Shown: positions 1-9,378 of the stretch, in pieces
How positions within the stretch are numbered: the stretch's first letter is position 1
How the letters are laid out: each line of letters begins with the position of its first letter
IMG/VR virus record: IMGVR_UViG_3300046501_000132
Location: 1-64,000 of that record
Source of the DNA: a virus
Direction: 5' to 3' (one strand)
DNA: 64,000 nucleotides
Translations under genes and position numbers: made by a program
Notes under the pieces: model-generated
The model's database searches: none
Told to the model about the DNA's origin: nothing
Seen by the model: only the letters and a program-made list of their open reading frames with translations

Positions 1-283
1 TATTTGTCATGGTCAGGAAATAGACCTTACAGCCATTTTTGAATCGAATCATATCCTTCAGAACCTGATCAACTTCCGTATACAGATCCAGAGAATCAAG
101 AATCTCGCGGAACAACTCACGCGGATGGCCGCTTTCTGGAGCATAGATGTAGGCCAGGGTTCCATTCGGCAGTAGCTCAGCGCTTTGAGCCATGAGAACC
201 AACTCAGCGGTGGAAACACCCACGGAACGTCCTGTCTTGCGTCCCTCAATCACATCATGAAGCTGATCAATATCAATATTCAT
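1..283 (-). CDS. hypothetical protein, runs off the window edge (MNIDIDQLHDVIEGRKTGRS...IRFKNGCKVYF)
   Basis: Manual translation from ATG at 283, open to position 1; start overlaps the stop of the upstream gene; absent from ORF track because it is truncated. Confidence 0.6.
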   Translation of the reverse strand, partial: MNIDIDQLHDVIEGRKTGRSVGVSTAELVLMAQSAELLPNGTLAYIYAPESGHPRELFREILDSLDLYTEVDQVLKDMIRFKNGCKVYFLTMTN

Positions 284-548
284 AATCAAACAATCTATTC
301 TTGTTAGCTAATTCGACAAGTACATCCCCGTGACAGGCTTGAGGACTACACCAACAACCCAGCGTCTTTCCGCGAATCTCAGGAAGGGAATCCAGAAGAT
401 GAGGCTGTGTCTGTATCCACTTCCTGAACTTGGCGATTACTTCTTGCCGAGTCCCATCCTTTCCAATTTCAAAAGGATTGCCCCATTTGCTCGGTCTACC
501 AATATAGACGTCAAATGGGGCTTTCTTACAATGTACTACTTGGCTCAT
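273..548 (-). CDS. DUF4326-family protein
   Basis: YIGRPSKWGNPF and GKTLGCWCSPQACHGDVL motifs typical of the family. Confidence 0.85.
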   Translation of the reverse strand: MSQVVHCKKAPFDVYIGRPSKWGNPFEIGKDGTRQEVIAKFRKWIQTQPHLLDSLPEIRGKTLGCWCSPQACHGDVLVELANKNRLFDYEY

Positions 549-873
549 TAATATTAGGTTTGCGCCGGGTCATAATCTCCACCAACTGCTTTCCCACCAT
601 ATCGCACATCCCCTTCGGCCAACGATCAAGGTTGGCCCGTTCGTCAACCTTGATCGTTTCTCCCTTAAATTCAAACACGATTTCTTCGTGCTTCAATTCT
701 CCCCGACGCACACGGACCCGGAATTCATTCACCAGTTCTCCATTTCCAACAAAGCAAGACAACCGATCAACGAGTTGGAAACGATCCAGAATCTTATTCA
801 CATGGCTAGCAACCCGGTTATCCGGAACTACAACCCCATTATCGCCATCGAATACAACCGTTAGCAGTTTCAT
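526..873 (-). CDS. hypothetical protein
   Basis: ORF tightly packed in minus-strand operon. Confidence 0.65.
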   Translation of the reverse strand: MKLLTVVFDGDNGVVVPDNRVASHVNKILDRFQLVDRLSCFVGNGELVNEFRVRVRRGELKHEEIVFEFKGETIKVDERANLDRWPKGMCDMVGKQLVEIMTRRKPNINEPSSTL

Positions 874-874
874 T

Positions 875-1354
875 TCACTTAACCAGCTTCAGAACTTCAA
901 TGATCTTGGATGCGTTGTCGATCAAGTTTTGTAGAGTGATTTCACTCGGGCTGTTCAGCGCGTCTTGAAGCAGCCACTTCACACAATGATCGCGGGCTTC
1001 CTTCTCGGTGGCGAACTTGTAGACGCCAACACGATATACCAGATCACGCTCAATCGTGTAAGGACCAACACGCGGGGTGTCGTCGTCTTCCACAACTTCA
1101 ACAAATTCGTTCTCATCTTGAACAAGATCCAGAGCGCCATGGGGCCAACCGAAGGTATCGTTTTCCAAGAATCGAATACCAGCGTGATTCACTTCACCCA
1201 CGGTGAATACTTGAGGCTTGCCGACATATTGCACCATATCGTCAATACCACCCGCATCGAACCAAAGGTTAGCCCAACCTTCTTCCTTATCCACTCGCCG
1301 CGCCACGCGGACCTTTTCACCAACTACAAACTTATGAGTCATTTCACTTTCCAA
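875..1354 (-). CDS. hypothetical protein
   Basis: ORF packed in operon; start may be the Met at 1339. Confidence 0.65.
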   Translation of the reverse strand: MESEMTHKFVVGEKVRVARRVDKEEGWANLWFDAGGIDDMVQYVGKPQVFTVGEVNHAGIRFLENDTFGWPHGALDLVQDENEFVEVVEDDDTPRVGPYTIERDLVYRVGVYKFATEKEARDHCVKWLLQDALNSPSEITLQNLIDNASKIIEVLKLVK

Positions 1355-1538
1355 ATTGGTTTTGGGTCAGGGCATCAATAGCCCAAACCACACCAGCCAC
1401 CAGCAGCAAAAATACGGCAACTCCATAGGAACCGCCGAGAATTGCACCGAACGCACCGCCTACAAATAGAGCCCACATTTTACTTACCCAGACTTTCGAA
1501 AACCTTCTTGGCCAGCTTTCCGTCATAGCGCTGAGCAA
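1344..1538 (-). CDS. small membrane protein (start probably MWALFV at 1478)
   Basis: Two hydrophobic segments; fills the gap between neighbours. Confidence 0.5.
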   Translation of the reverse strand: MLSAMTESWPRRFSKVWVSKMWALFVGGAFGAILGGSYGVAVFLLLVAGVVWAIDALTQNQFGK

Positions 1539-1899
1539 AGTTTGTCTTCAGGTGAGCCATCCAATCCTTCAGAGCCTTCGGCTGGAGTTCTTGTAGAATC
1601 GCAACCAGGGCTTCTTCAGCCAGCTGTGCCGGACGCAGACTTTCAAGAATTTCCTTCTCGCGTTCCTTCAGAGCGACTACATCAGCTTCGACCTTGCCCT
1701 TGATGTGTTCAAGGGTTTCAACGACACCATCCAGGTGCTTCTTCACAACCTTCTGTACCGTTTCATCGGTCGGCGGTGTGGTGTTCGTACCAACCGGGTT
1801 CACATCAGAAAACAGATTGGTCATCACGCTATGCAGAAACTTATCCCCGCTCTTCAGCGCCTGGGTTCGCATTTCCTTGATCTTTTCAAACAGTTCCAT
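1480..1899 (-). CDS. GatB/YqeY-domain protein
   Basis: ALKSGDK...DETVQKVVKK...EKEILESLRPAQL...DGKLAKKV pattern of YqeY; SD GAGGA and early promoter upstream. Confidence 0.75.
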   Translation of the reverse strand: MELFEKIKEMRTQALKSGDKFLHSVMTNLFSDVNPVGTNTTPPTDETVQKVVKKHLDGVVETLEHIKGKVEADVVALKEREKEILESLRPAQLAEEALVAILQELQPKALKDWMAHLKTNFAQRYDGKLAKKVFESLGK

Positions 1900-1928
1900 T
1901 TTAATCCTCTCGTTTTACATCTATAGCT

Positions 1929-1957
1929 ATTATACCCGACTATGTAAGCCGGGTCTA
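1929..1957 (-). promoter_or_regulatory. sigma70-like early promoter TAGACC-N17-TATAAT
   Basis: -10 at 1929-1934, -35 at 1952-1957. Confidence 0.6.
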
Positions 1958-1964
1958 TGCTTCA

Positions 1965-2135
1965 TTACTGAATCGCGTTTCTCAAATCTTGGACAAGACG
2001 ACAATATTCAACCGCGTTATACTTACTAACAACCAGCTGTCCCATATCGCTTGGATATACCGCATCCTTTTCAAAATCAAGGAAATCTTCTACAATAGAA
2101 CGTAGAACTGCAAGTTCAACATGTGCTGGGGCCAT
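1965..2135 (-). CDS. 56-aa hypothetical protein (MAPAHVELAVLRS...)
   Basis: Manual translation; start overlaps stop of upstream gene. Confidence 0.55.
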   Translation of the reverse strand: MAPAHVELAVLRSIVEDFLDFEKDAVYPSDMGQLVVSKYNAVEYCRLVQDLRNAIQ

Positions 2136-2698
2136 TAGTCAATGTCCTGGTGAATTAGTCTCTCAATATATTCAAGCATCTTTTCCGGGGCGCTGTTATC
2201 TGCTACGATCTCAACAAATGGAACTTGCAATTCCTGGAGCATCGTCAGAGCCTTATCGTCCAAGTCCTTAGCCTGTTCTTCCGTCTGGGTACGTCCAATC
2301 GGGACATACTTCTTCGTTCGCTTCAGGTAGAAGTTAATATTATTGTACTTGTTATGATAAGCAAGTACGATCTTTCTGAAATCTGCATCCGGGATATGAT
2401 AGTCATCTTTGCGATACAAGATGGAATTCAAAATCGCTCCATCTGTAATAGCAAAGTCTACCTGCCCCACTAACATCCTCAACCGGCGATCTTGCTCATC
2501 AAGTACATGAGTCTGTTGACTCAAACGTTCCCAATCTTTCTCGTAGGTGAGTTCTTTCGCATACTCGCGCACGAGTTCAACGTTATAATATCGGCGCTTC
2601 ATCAGCGAGTACAGCCCCGCTGCGTTTGTCGACTTGCCGGCTCCAGGTCCGGCGAACAGATCAATTACAATCAAGCTGGCGTCTCCGAGATTTCCCAC
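2135..2698 (-). CDS. P-loop ATPase/kinase, NadR-type AAA_28-like
   Basis: Walker A GPGAGKST, EYAKE, ITDG and GRTQTEEQA motifs. Confidence 0.75.
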   Translation of the reverse strand: MGNLGDASLIVIDLFAGPGAGKSTNAAGLYSLMKRRYYNVELVREYAKELTYEKDWERLSQQTHVLDEQDRRLRMLVGQVDFAITDGAILNSILYRKDDYHIPDADFRKIVLAYHNKYNNINFYLKRTKKYVPIGRTQTEEQAKDLDDKALTMLQELQVPFVEIVADNSAPEKMLEYIERLIHQDID

Positions 2699-3153
2699 TT
2701 CATCACGACCCAGTTTCCACGAAGTCTGTTCTGTCGAATGCGCATCTCAGCTTTGGCCTTGGAGCTATACAATGCTGGGCAAGAAGAACGAAGACGACGA
2801 TTCGTGTGATATGATCCGGTGTCCAAATTCTTAATCACATAGAACACCGGCTCGGAAACTTCAATGTCCAGATTCACATCCTCTCTTTTAACCATACGGC
2901 TGCAGCAGGCTCCGATGTTCTCATCGTAGTATTCGATGAAGAAGTGTCTATCAAATTCTAGCAGAATGAAGCAAGTCTTCATGTAGCTGCCGGCATAGGA
3001 CGAGAACACAAACTCCCCCATTTTCTCGCCCTTGTCGTAGGATCGCTTGTAGTTATCCATCTCAGAGTGCAGGCGATCAATAAATCGCTTTGCCTGTTCA
3101 GACGTCAAAGCGTATCGTATAGCCTGTTCGGCCGTCATTGCGTTGTGGCTCAT
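2671..3153 (-). CDS. hypothetical protein
   Basis: Packed ORF. Confidence 0.6.
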   Translation of the reverse strand: MSHNAMTAEQAIRYALTSEQAKRFIDRLHSEMDNYKRSYDKGEKMGEFVFSSYAGSYMKTCFILLEFDRHFFIEYYDENIGACCSRMVKREDVNLDIEVSEPVFYVIKNLDTGSYHTNRRLRSSCPALYSSKAKAEMRIRQNRLRGNWVVMKWEISETPA

Positions 3154-3332
3154 TCAAAAATTTCTTGGTTCAAAAGGTGGTCAATATTAGGCTTCGTCTC
3201 ACCATGCGCAAAAATAAGAAGATCGTAGGCCGCTGCGAATACATACGGCTTCAGATCATCTTGTCCCTCTTTGATTGTGAATCCGTTCCGCATGAAAATC
3301 TCGCGGATATCATCCTTGGATACCGGCCTCAT
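3150..3332 (-). CDS. hypothetical protein
   Basis: ATGA overlaps with both neighbours. Confidence 0.6.
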   Translation of the reverse strand: MRPVSKDDIREIFMRNGFTIKEGQDDLKPYVFAAAYDLLIFAHGETKPNIDHLLNQEIFE

Positions 3333-3478
3333 ACTACATCGACTCCATTTTCAAAAGTATCCAACGATTCCAAGCAGGTTAGCAAGGTATGAGGACAGAT
3401 ATAATCCAAATTATATTGATCCGTATCGCCGGGACGCGCGTAATAATCTCTGCTGGGAATAAGAATCGTCTTATTCAT
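3329..3478 (-). CDS. small hypothetical protein (MNKTILIPSRD...)
   Basis: Packed ORF; start uncertain. Confidence 0.45.
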   Translation of the reverse strand: MNKTILIPSRDYYARPGDTDQYNLDYICPHTLLTCLESLDTFENGVDVV

Positions 3479-3525
3479 AGTAGATTTTTCAATAATGTCC
3501 TTTAGCGTGGAGACACTAATCGCAC

Positions 3526-3873
3526 TCAGCATATCACCGTCCCTGGAGGAACCGGAATCTTGCCGGTATCAAGCCACTGTCCAGGATAGTGTGGCATAAA
3601 TGGAGTCGGCGCTGGTGATGGCATCACAGGGAATTTCTTGTACATTTCTAGCAGGTCATCCAGGGTTGATGATTTCTTGACAACGGTCTTGTCTTCTTCA
3701 TTGACCTTCTTATCTTCCCAAACCGAATTATCATCAAGTCCAGGAGTGACCTTTTGATAGACAAGCTTCAGATGGTCAACGATCATCTTCCACTGGTCAG
3801 CAGTCGGTGTCTTACCATTTTCTAGTTCAACCCAACCTTGTAGCCAACGAGTAAATTCTTGTTCCGTCATCAC
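3526..3873 (-). CDS. hypothetical phage protein (WLQGWVEL...PTADQWKMIVDHL motif)
   Basis: Packed ORF. Confidence 0.7.
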   Translation of the reverse strand: MMTEQEFTRWLQGWVELENGKTPTADQWKMIVDHLKLVYQKVTPGLDDNSVWEDKKVNEEDKTVVKKSSTLDDLLEMYKKFPVMPSPAPTPFMPHYPGQWLDTGKIPVPPGTVIC

Positions 3874-4469
3874 AGACCCTTCAACAATTCAATTACAACT
3901 TCTTTATGTTTAACTAAACTCATCACGAGTTTGGTAGCGTCACTCACGTCAACAGCACCGTTGCTCTCGATTAGGTCTTGGAGTTTCATCACAGACAAAT
4001 ATTTTTGTAGATCATCTTGAGTCTTGAAGAACTTACCATCCACATAGTAATGAACTTCACGTTCTTGGAATTTGAACACATTGGATGCTTCAATCGTCTT
4101 GATCTGACCGCTGGCGATTTCCCGCTCCAGCCATTCCGCGAATTCTTTCAGAGTCAAAGCGAATGGATGTACTGTTTCCAGAAATTCATTATTGATATCG
4201 ACAGCAAAAGATCGCGCACCCCATGTGGCTCTGAATGTACTTTTACCGAACCAACCGTGGCGGCGTCCGCGTTCTAGATAATTCTCGATTGCTAGCTTGG
4301 CATCCGCGATTCCGTCTTTGTCTTTAAAGACCCAAACGTAAAATCCTTCCTTAATGTCAAACGTCACAACCACATTAGCAACGGTGGGTTCCCTATCAAA
4401 TCCTTCATCGCGGGATGCAACCAGGGCTTCGCTGACAACGGCATTATAGATATCATTAACAGTCTTCAT
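3870..4469 (-). CDS. hypothetical protein
   Basis: Packed ORF. Confidence 0.7.
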   Translation of the reverse strand: MKTVNDIYNAVVSEALVASRDEGFDREPTVANVVVTFDIKEGFYVWVFKDKDGIADAKLAIENYLERGRRHGWFGKSTFRATWGARSFAVDINNEFLETVHPFALTLKEFAEWLEREIASGQIKTIEASNVFKFQEREVHYYVDGKFFKTQDDLQKYLSVMKLQDLIESNGAVDVSDATKLVMSLVKHKEVVIELLKGL

Positions 4470-4759
4470 TATTCTTCCTTTTGTTTAACTACATTGATCC
4501 GATCAAGACGGTCGATGAACCGCCGCATGTAATAGAAAATCGACAATATCACTAGTCCGGTATTCGCAACTGGGATAAGCCCCAACAGGAATCCACATGC
4601 GATATGGGCATAGGTCATGCTATACCTCAGAGGCAACGCAGACAAAGCATCACTAGAGTCGCGCTTACGCATTGCCGTCTCAAATGGCAATAGAATTGCA
4701 CAGAGAACTGCGCTGATCAGGTAGAAAATCTCAATTACAATAATAAGGTCCATCTTCAC
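4469..4759 (-). CDS. membrane protein
   Basis: Two hydrophobic helices; SD AGGAG. Confidence 0.65.
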   Translation of the reverse strand: MKMDLIIVIEIFYLISAVLCAILLPFETAMRKRDSSDALSALPLRYSMTYAHIACGFLLGLIPVANTGLVILSIFYYMRRFIDRLDRINVVKQKEE

Positions 4760-4773
4760 TCCTATTAACGAAA

Positions 4774-4814
4774 AACATCCATAGTATTATACTATGGATG
4801 TTCTCGAAAGTCTA
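4774..4814 (-). promoter_or_regulatory. early promoter (TAGACT-N17-TATAAT) whose -10 box lies inside a terminator-like palindrome
   Basis: Inverted repeat 4774-4786/4790-4802 with T-run on minus strand; -10 at 4786-4791; -35 at 4809-4814. Confidence 0.65.
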
Positions 4815-4818
4815 CTAC

Positions 4819-5271
4819 TCAGTATGAATTCAGTGCCTCTTTCAGTTCCAGATACATACGGTTGTACTTCTGGAGGCGCTTGAAATCCTTTTCCGTCAAG
4901 CCCTTGAGCCGACGAATATCTGAGTTGTGTTGAAGATCACACAACTTAACTCGGATGGAATCAGGAGAAGATTTGACCCTCTCCATATATTCCTCATAGG
5001 TTTCTCCGGGGAACTTCGTGAGATTGCGGATACCCTCAATAACACGGTCGGTGAAACCCAGTTCCTTCAGTTCAGCAAACGTGGTTCCAGTATCCTCAAC
5101 AAGATCGTGACCCACCGCGATGCAGTTCAGTTCCTCATCATCGGTCCTCAGCTTGTGCATCACAGCAAGAGTATGGAGGATATAGGGCTTCCCAGCCTTA
5201 TCATACTGACCTGCGTGACGGGTCACAGCCAGAACCAGCATCTTGCTGAGTTGTTCGCCTTGTTTTAGCAT
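4819..5271 (-). CDS. stand-alone RelA/SpoT-type HD-domain protein (small alarmone hydrolase/MESH1-like)
   Basis: HAGQYDKAGKPYILH, GHDLVEDT and VKLCDLQHN motifs. Confidence 0.8.
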   Translation of the reverse strand: MLKQGEQLSKMLVLAVTRHAGQYDKAGKPYILHTLAVMHKLRTDDEELNCIAVGHDLVEDTGTTFAELKELGFTDRVIEGIRNLTKFPGETYEEYMERVKSSPDSIRVKLCDLQHNSDIRRLKGLTEKDFKRLQKYNRMYLELKEALNSY

Positions 5272-5281
5272 ACCTTATCCT

Positions 5282-5671
5282 TTATAGTTGCTTTTCGATC
5301 AGATCGGCAATTTGTTCGAACGGCATATGTTCAAAATCGTTCAAACTCATCAGCGATTGTCGTCGTCCTTTGTGGACGACCGACAACGAATCTTTAATAT
5401 TCGCCCACCGCTTTACTTCTTCCGGCAGCCCATACTTCTCGCCCAGATACCGAGTGGGATCAGTTTGAGTCTCGGCAATATTAGGATTCATCACAGCGTG
5501 GACGTTGCAAAGCACCCCAAGAACACACATGCTTCCATCCACATCGCGGAGCATTCCTTGACTTTGCTCAATCTCACCGCTTCGCAGCTGACGAATCCAT
5601 TCTTTCTTGACGGAGGGTTTCATCTTTCCTCCAACCGTATTTTGAATCGTCTTATTAACGCTGGTTGCCAT
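5282..5671 (-). CDS. hypothetical phage protein
   Basis: LRSG...Q...MCVLGVLC...LNDFEHMPFEQIADLIE pattern. Confidence 0.7.
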   Translation of the reverse strand: MATSVNKTIQNTVGGKMKPSVKKEWIRQLRSGEIEQSQGMLRDVDGSMCVLGVLCNVHAVMNPNIAETQTDPTRYLGEKYGLPEEVKRWANIKDSLSVVHKGRRQSLMSLNDFEHMPFEQIADLIEKQL

Positions 5672-5672
5672 A

Positions 5673-6869
5673 TCAACCCTTCTTCAGCAGATAGCTGTTG
5701 GAAATCGCCTTAAATGAGAATTCCGAAGGATATGAACCATCGCTGTTCGACTTGAACACAACACCTTCACGCTTCACACCTTGGTTCATACCCGGACCTT
5801 CCGCATAATCCAAAATCTTCTGAACCACGTCTCGCATCGTCTCTGGAGTCATCTCACCAAATTGATTGGAAAGATCCATCGCCTGATCCAGCACCGGAAC
5901 GTATTCCAGGCCCAGTTCGAAAGCAATAGCACGAGCCATCGACGGACGCATATACTTCTGGGCATCAATATCGAAGACATCATACACGTAGAATTGGAAG
6001 TCTTCCACCTTCTCATAATTCTCTTGAATCGAAGGGCCGATGAGTTCGCCTTGAACGGCTACGTTCATATTCAGCTTCCTCAGATTCTCCAGAATTCCTT
6101 CCTTCTTCACGAAATTGCTGAAGTGGTTGCTGTGGTTTGGATCCAGTTGGATGTTCCGCGAGCACAGGCCGTCCAGATACTCCGGAGCCTTGTTATAGCC
6201 GAACATCTTACCAATCTTATACACCAGCTTCTTCAGAGCGCCCATCTTGCGCAGTTGACGAGTCTCGATGTCCTTCCAAGCGTAATCAAAGTGATCCGAA
6301 CGGTCGTTGATGTGGAATACTGTCATCGAAGACCCATCAAGCTTGATCGTAACTTCAAAAGTCTCGTTCTTGTGCTTGGGCAGTTCATTGATGTAGTTCT
6401 GCACACGTTCCTGGTCCGTCTTACGGATGAACGATGGGAACGGTTTGGCACCAGCGGTCTTACCTCCCATACCACCACCGCCGTTACCTTGCGATTCCGA
6501 CAGACTCTCCCACTTTTCAATCTTCAGCAGTTCGGTAACGTCATCACCTTCTTGCGGATTTTTGATCTCAGGAAATTCCTTCAGCGGCAGAGTCAGACCT
6601 TGAGAAATCTGCTTACGCAGCTTGATCGTCTTCAGACGCATACCGCGCTTGTCACCCCAGTTGATGAATCGTTCTTCAAACGATGCAAAACGTGGGTCTT
6701 CCGCGTTTAGAAACGAGTCGATCTCAAAATAGATGCAAAGATCACCCACATTATAGTTACCCTTCTGAGTGACCACGGTCCAACCAAGAACATCCACCGC
6801 TTCGATCAGATCAGCGCCGGGAATCGGACGGATGTTTTGAATCTTTTGAATTGTTGCAAGTTTTCTCAT
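5673..6869 (-). CDS. RNA ligase, DRB0094 (Rnl5) family with N-terminal OB domain
   Basis: MRKLATIQKI...YFEIDS...ISQGL N-domain; motif I KLDGSS; QGELIG; REGVVFK; FKAISNSYL. Confidence 0.9.
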   Translation of the reverse strand: MRKLATIQKIQNIRPIPGADLIEAVDVLGWTVVTQKGNYNVGDLCIYFEIDSFLNAEDPRFASFEERFINWGDKRGMRLKTIKLRKQISQGLTLPLKEFPEIKNPQEGDDVTELLKIEKWESLSESQGNGGGGMGGKTAGAKPFPSFIRKTDQERVQNYINELPKHKNETFEVTIKLDGSSMTVFHINDRSDHFDYAWKDIETRQLRKMGALKKLVYKIGKMFGYNKAPEYLDGLCSRNIQLDPNHSNHFSNFVKKEGILENLRKLNMNVAVQGELIGPSIQENYEKVEDFQFYVYDVFDIDAQKYMRPSMARAIAFELGLEYVPVLDQAMDLSNQFGEMTPETMRDVVQKILDYAEGPGMNQGVKREGVVFKSNSDGSYPSEFSFKAISNSYLLKKG

Positions 6870-7030
6870 TCTTCTTCCTTAATATTATCAATCCATTCAT
6901 CAAGGTGCTCTCGGACTTCCTCAAGAGTATCCACCGGAGGTGAGATCACAACAGCCCGAAAGGCGGGGCCGCTGTGGGATAGCTTGATGACCTTACGCCA
7001 ACGCTCGGCGTCTTTCTGGTCGTCAGTCAT
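6866..7030 (-). CDS. 54-aa hypothetical protein (MTDDQKDAERWRK...)
   Basis: Manual translation; ATGA overlaps on both sides. Confidence 0.55.
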   Translation of the reverse strand: MTDDQKDAERWRKVIKLSHSGPAFRAVVISPPVDTLEEVREHLDEWIDNIKEEE

Positions 7031-7242
7031 AGGTTAGTACGACCTTTCTTGACTGCTTCCCGGACACGCCACATCGGATCATACTTGTCCATAAGTTTCT
7101 CCAGAATGGCGATTAGAATATACAAGCCAAGCTCGATATATACAGGAATGAATACCAGCCACCAAGACCAGTCGATTGTCCCAACCAACTTCAGAACAAC
7201 GAAGATGATCAGGAAAATATTAAGCAGACTCAGATTCTTCAT
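7027..7242 (-). CDS. small membrane protein
   Basis: LKLVGTIDWSWWLVFIP motif common in phage membrane proteins. Confidence 0.7.
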   Translation of the reverse strand: MKNLSLLNIFLIIFVVLKLVGTIDWSWWLVFIPVYIELGLYILIAILEKLMDKYDPMWRVREAVKKGRTNL

Positions 7243-7630
7243 CTTTCACTTTCGGTTGTACTTCTTCAACAATCGGACCAGGCGGCGGAAGTTCCGTAAC
7301 AACTTGGGCAAACAATTGATTCAATCGGTCGGTATAAACAAAGTCAAAGCTAGCAAACTTGCCGTGGCCTTTCAGCTTCAGAGTGATGTTTTCGCCCTTG
7401 AAAAGATCAAAACCTTGATACTTAGACATCAGACCGCGCAGGAGTTGCTTGATCTGAACCACAAGCATCGAATTCATGACGGTGCCGCTGTCATAGATTC
7501 GCTTCTTGATCATCTTGAGTTCGAGCAGCAGTTGCTTCGCTGCTTGCAGTTCAAGTTCTTCAAGAGTCGGTTCGAATTCTTCAATGTCGATGGATTCGGC
7601 AACATCGGCCATTACTTGAGCTTGAGACAT
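7220..7630 (-). CDS. hypothetical protein
   Basis: Packed ORF. Confidence 0.65.
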   Translation of the reverse strand: MSQAQVMADVAESIDIEEFEPTLEELELQAAKQLLLELKMIKKRIYDSGTVMNSMLVVQIKQLLRGLMSKYQGFDLFKGENITLKLKGHGKFASFDFVYTDRLNQLFAQVVTELPPPGPIVEEVQPKVKDEESESA

Positions 7631-8010
7631 ACTTCCTTCAGTTCCTGCAGCTTGGTAATTTGTTGATCAATGGTATCTGGGGTGATGTTAAAAACATCGA
7701 AATATACAGTGATGTCTTTGTACATTTGAGCCAGAACCTCACGACGATTCTTGAATCTGGTGAAGCCGTCCATCACATATTCTTTAACGATGGTCTCTTG
7801 GATCTTCACCGAACCAAGGAGACTCGGCTTCAACCAACTGTCTCGGAAATATAGCTGTTTGTCGTCTTCAAATTTGACTCGGAATGCATCTTGTGTGATG
7901 CCGATGATTTCACCTTCCTTACCAAGATACGACTCCAGCTCAATCCGATAAATCGGATCGCCTGGGTGAATAGTTGCCACCCGCACAATACTACCTACAC
8001 TAAAACTCAT
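7612..8010 (-). CDS. hypothetical protein with SH3/KOW-like N-terminus
   Basis: VGSIVRV...GKEGEIIGI...FRVKFED. Confidence 0.6.
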   Translation of the reverse strand: MSFSVGSIVRVATIHPGDPIYRIELESYLGKEGEIIGITQDAFRVKFEDDKQLYFRDSWLKPSLLGSVKIQETIVKEYVMDGFTRFKNRREVLAQMYKDITVYFDVFNITPDTIDQQITKLQELKEVCLKLK

Positions 8011-8036
8011 ACTACTTTCCTTCGCTCCATAGAAAA

Positions 8037-8079
8037 AGGTCCATAGTAGAATTCTACTATGGACCTCGTATGAAGTAAA
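8037..8079 (-). promoter_or_regulatory. early promoter (TTTACT-N17-TAGAAT) overlapping a perfect 30-bp palindrome/terminator
   Basis: aggtccatagtagaattctactatggacct at 8037-8066 followed by T-run on minus strand; -35 at 8074-8079. Confidence 0.7.
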
Positions 8080-8094
8080 ATGAGTACTATGAGA

Positions 8095-9378
8095 TTAGAT
8101 CGTGACCGATTGTATCACATATGTTCCGATACTAGTCGGCTTCTTGTTATAAGAAGCAAGTGTCTCATCAAACGAATACATCGGTTCGTCGTCAACATTC
8201 TGTAGATCAACCTTGACACCGTCAATCTCACCGAACTTCGGATGAACCAAGTAGATATTCTGTGAGGCACGACCAGATAGATTCAAGGCTCGTTCCGAAT
8301 ATGCATTACTGCCAGGCAGACCTGATGACCGAGCGTATAGGTCAGAGACTTGAGCACAATGTATGTGACCCATCAACACATAGGAGACTAGTGTGCCTCG
8401 TATTGCGTATCTGGCTTTGAGCTTCTCGATTTCGGATTCAGGATTTCTAGCAATACCTTTGTGTAGATTCCCATGAACAAGTAGAATATTGTTGCCATTG
8501 ACATTTACAACTGCCTCAACCGGATTTTGAACCGGAATAAAGTTCACGCCTGCCGATCCCTTGAACAAGTAAGTCAGCATATTATGAATCACGATATCAT
8601 ACGAATCTCCCGCTAGGAAATCCGAATAGTGGATATGTTCACCAACGCGAGATTCATTACCAGTGACCGAAGCAACTGTCACGTTAAACTCGGTATTCAG
8701 ATCACGGATGATTTGCTGAATGATATCAACAGCCAAGAACACGGCGCGGCTGCGGTTAGTTGCAGCGTTCGTGATTTCATCCAAGCGACGGTCGCTATTC
8801 AGCAAGTCACCTGTTAGGAACAAGGCTACTTCCTTGACTCCGTTAGCTCTGAAGATCGGCTTGGCCTTACGGATCAACTTATGAAGACGTTTAGATGCGA
8901 TTTCGAAGTTGAACGAGTTATCAGCAATATCATCAATCAGTTCATTGAAGTGAACGTCGCTTAGTTGAACAACGCCAACCGGATTGACTCCACCCACATT
9001 ATGGGTATGTAGTGTCGTGTTGAACTTGTTGTTGACCAACACATTCTTCATTTCCTCGTGTAGAATCAGAATTGTGTTATCAACACGCGAGTGCTCGCGG
9101 AAAGACTTACGTTCCAGACGTTGAGTGTCCTGAAGACGAAAGACCTTCTTGGCCAGCTTAATGTTCTCATCGACCAATTCAGCATCATCAATGCCTTCTA
9201 CGTCATTAGAGCATTCTACGTTGGTAGGGATGCCCGAGACTTGGGCTAGGATGCGGCTGACTGTTGAACGGGATACCCCCACGGTGCGAGCGATTGCAGA
9301 CTTGCTCTCACCATTTTCTCCCATATCAACGATCTGTTGAACCTCATCCGATGATAGTTTGGTTCTTAGGTTACTCAT
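8095..9378 (-). CDS. HTH plus calcineurin-like metallophosphoesterase
   Basis: N-terminal HTH (SKSAIARTVGVSRSTVSR); SDVH, GDLL, GNES, VHG and GHIH motifs. Confidence 0.8.
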   Translation of the reverse strand: MSNLRTKLSSDEVQQIVDMGENGESKSAIARTVGVSRSTVSRILAQVSGIPTNVECSNDVEGIDDAELVDENIKLAKKVFRLQDTQRLERKSFREHSRVDNTILILHEEMKNVLVNNKFNTTLHTHNVGGVNPVGVVQLSDVHFNELIDDIADNSFNFEIASKRLHKLIRKAKPIFRANGVKEVALFLTGDLLNSDRRLDEITNAATNRSRAVFLAVDIIQQIIRDLNTEFNVTVASVTGNESRVGEHIHYSDFLAGDSYDIVIHNMLTYLFKGSAGVNFIPVQNPVEAVVNVNGNNILLVHGNLHKGIARNPESEIEKLKARYAIRGTLVSYVLMGHIHCAQVSDLYARSSGLPGSNAYSERALNLSGRASQNIYLVHPKFGEIDGVKVDLQNVDDEPMYSFDETLASYNKKPTSIGTYVIQSVTI

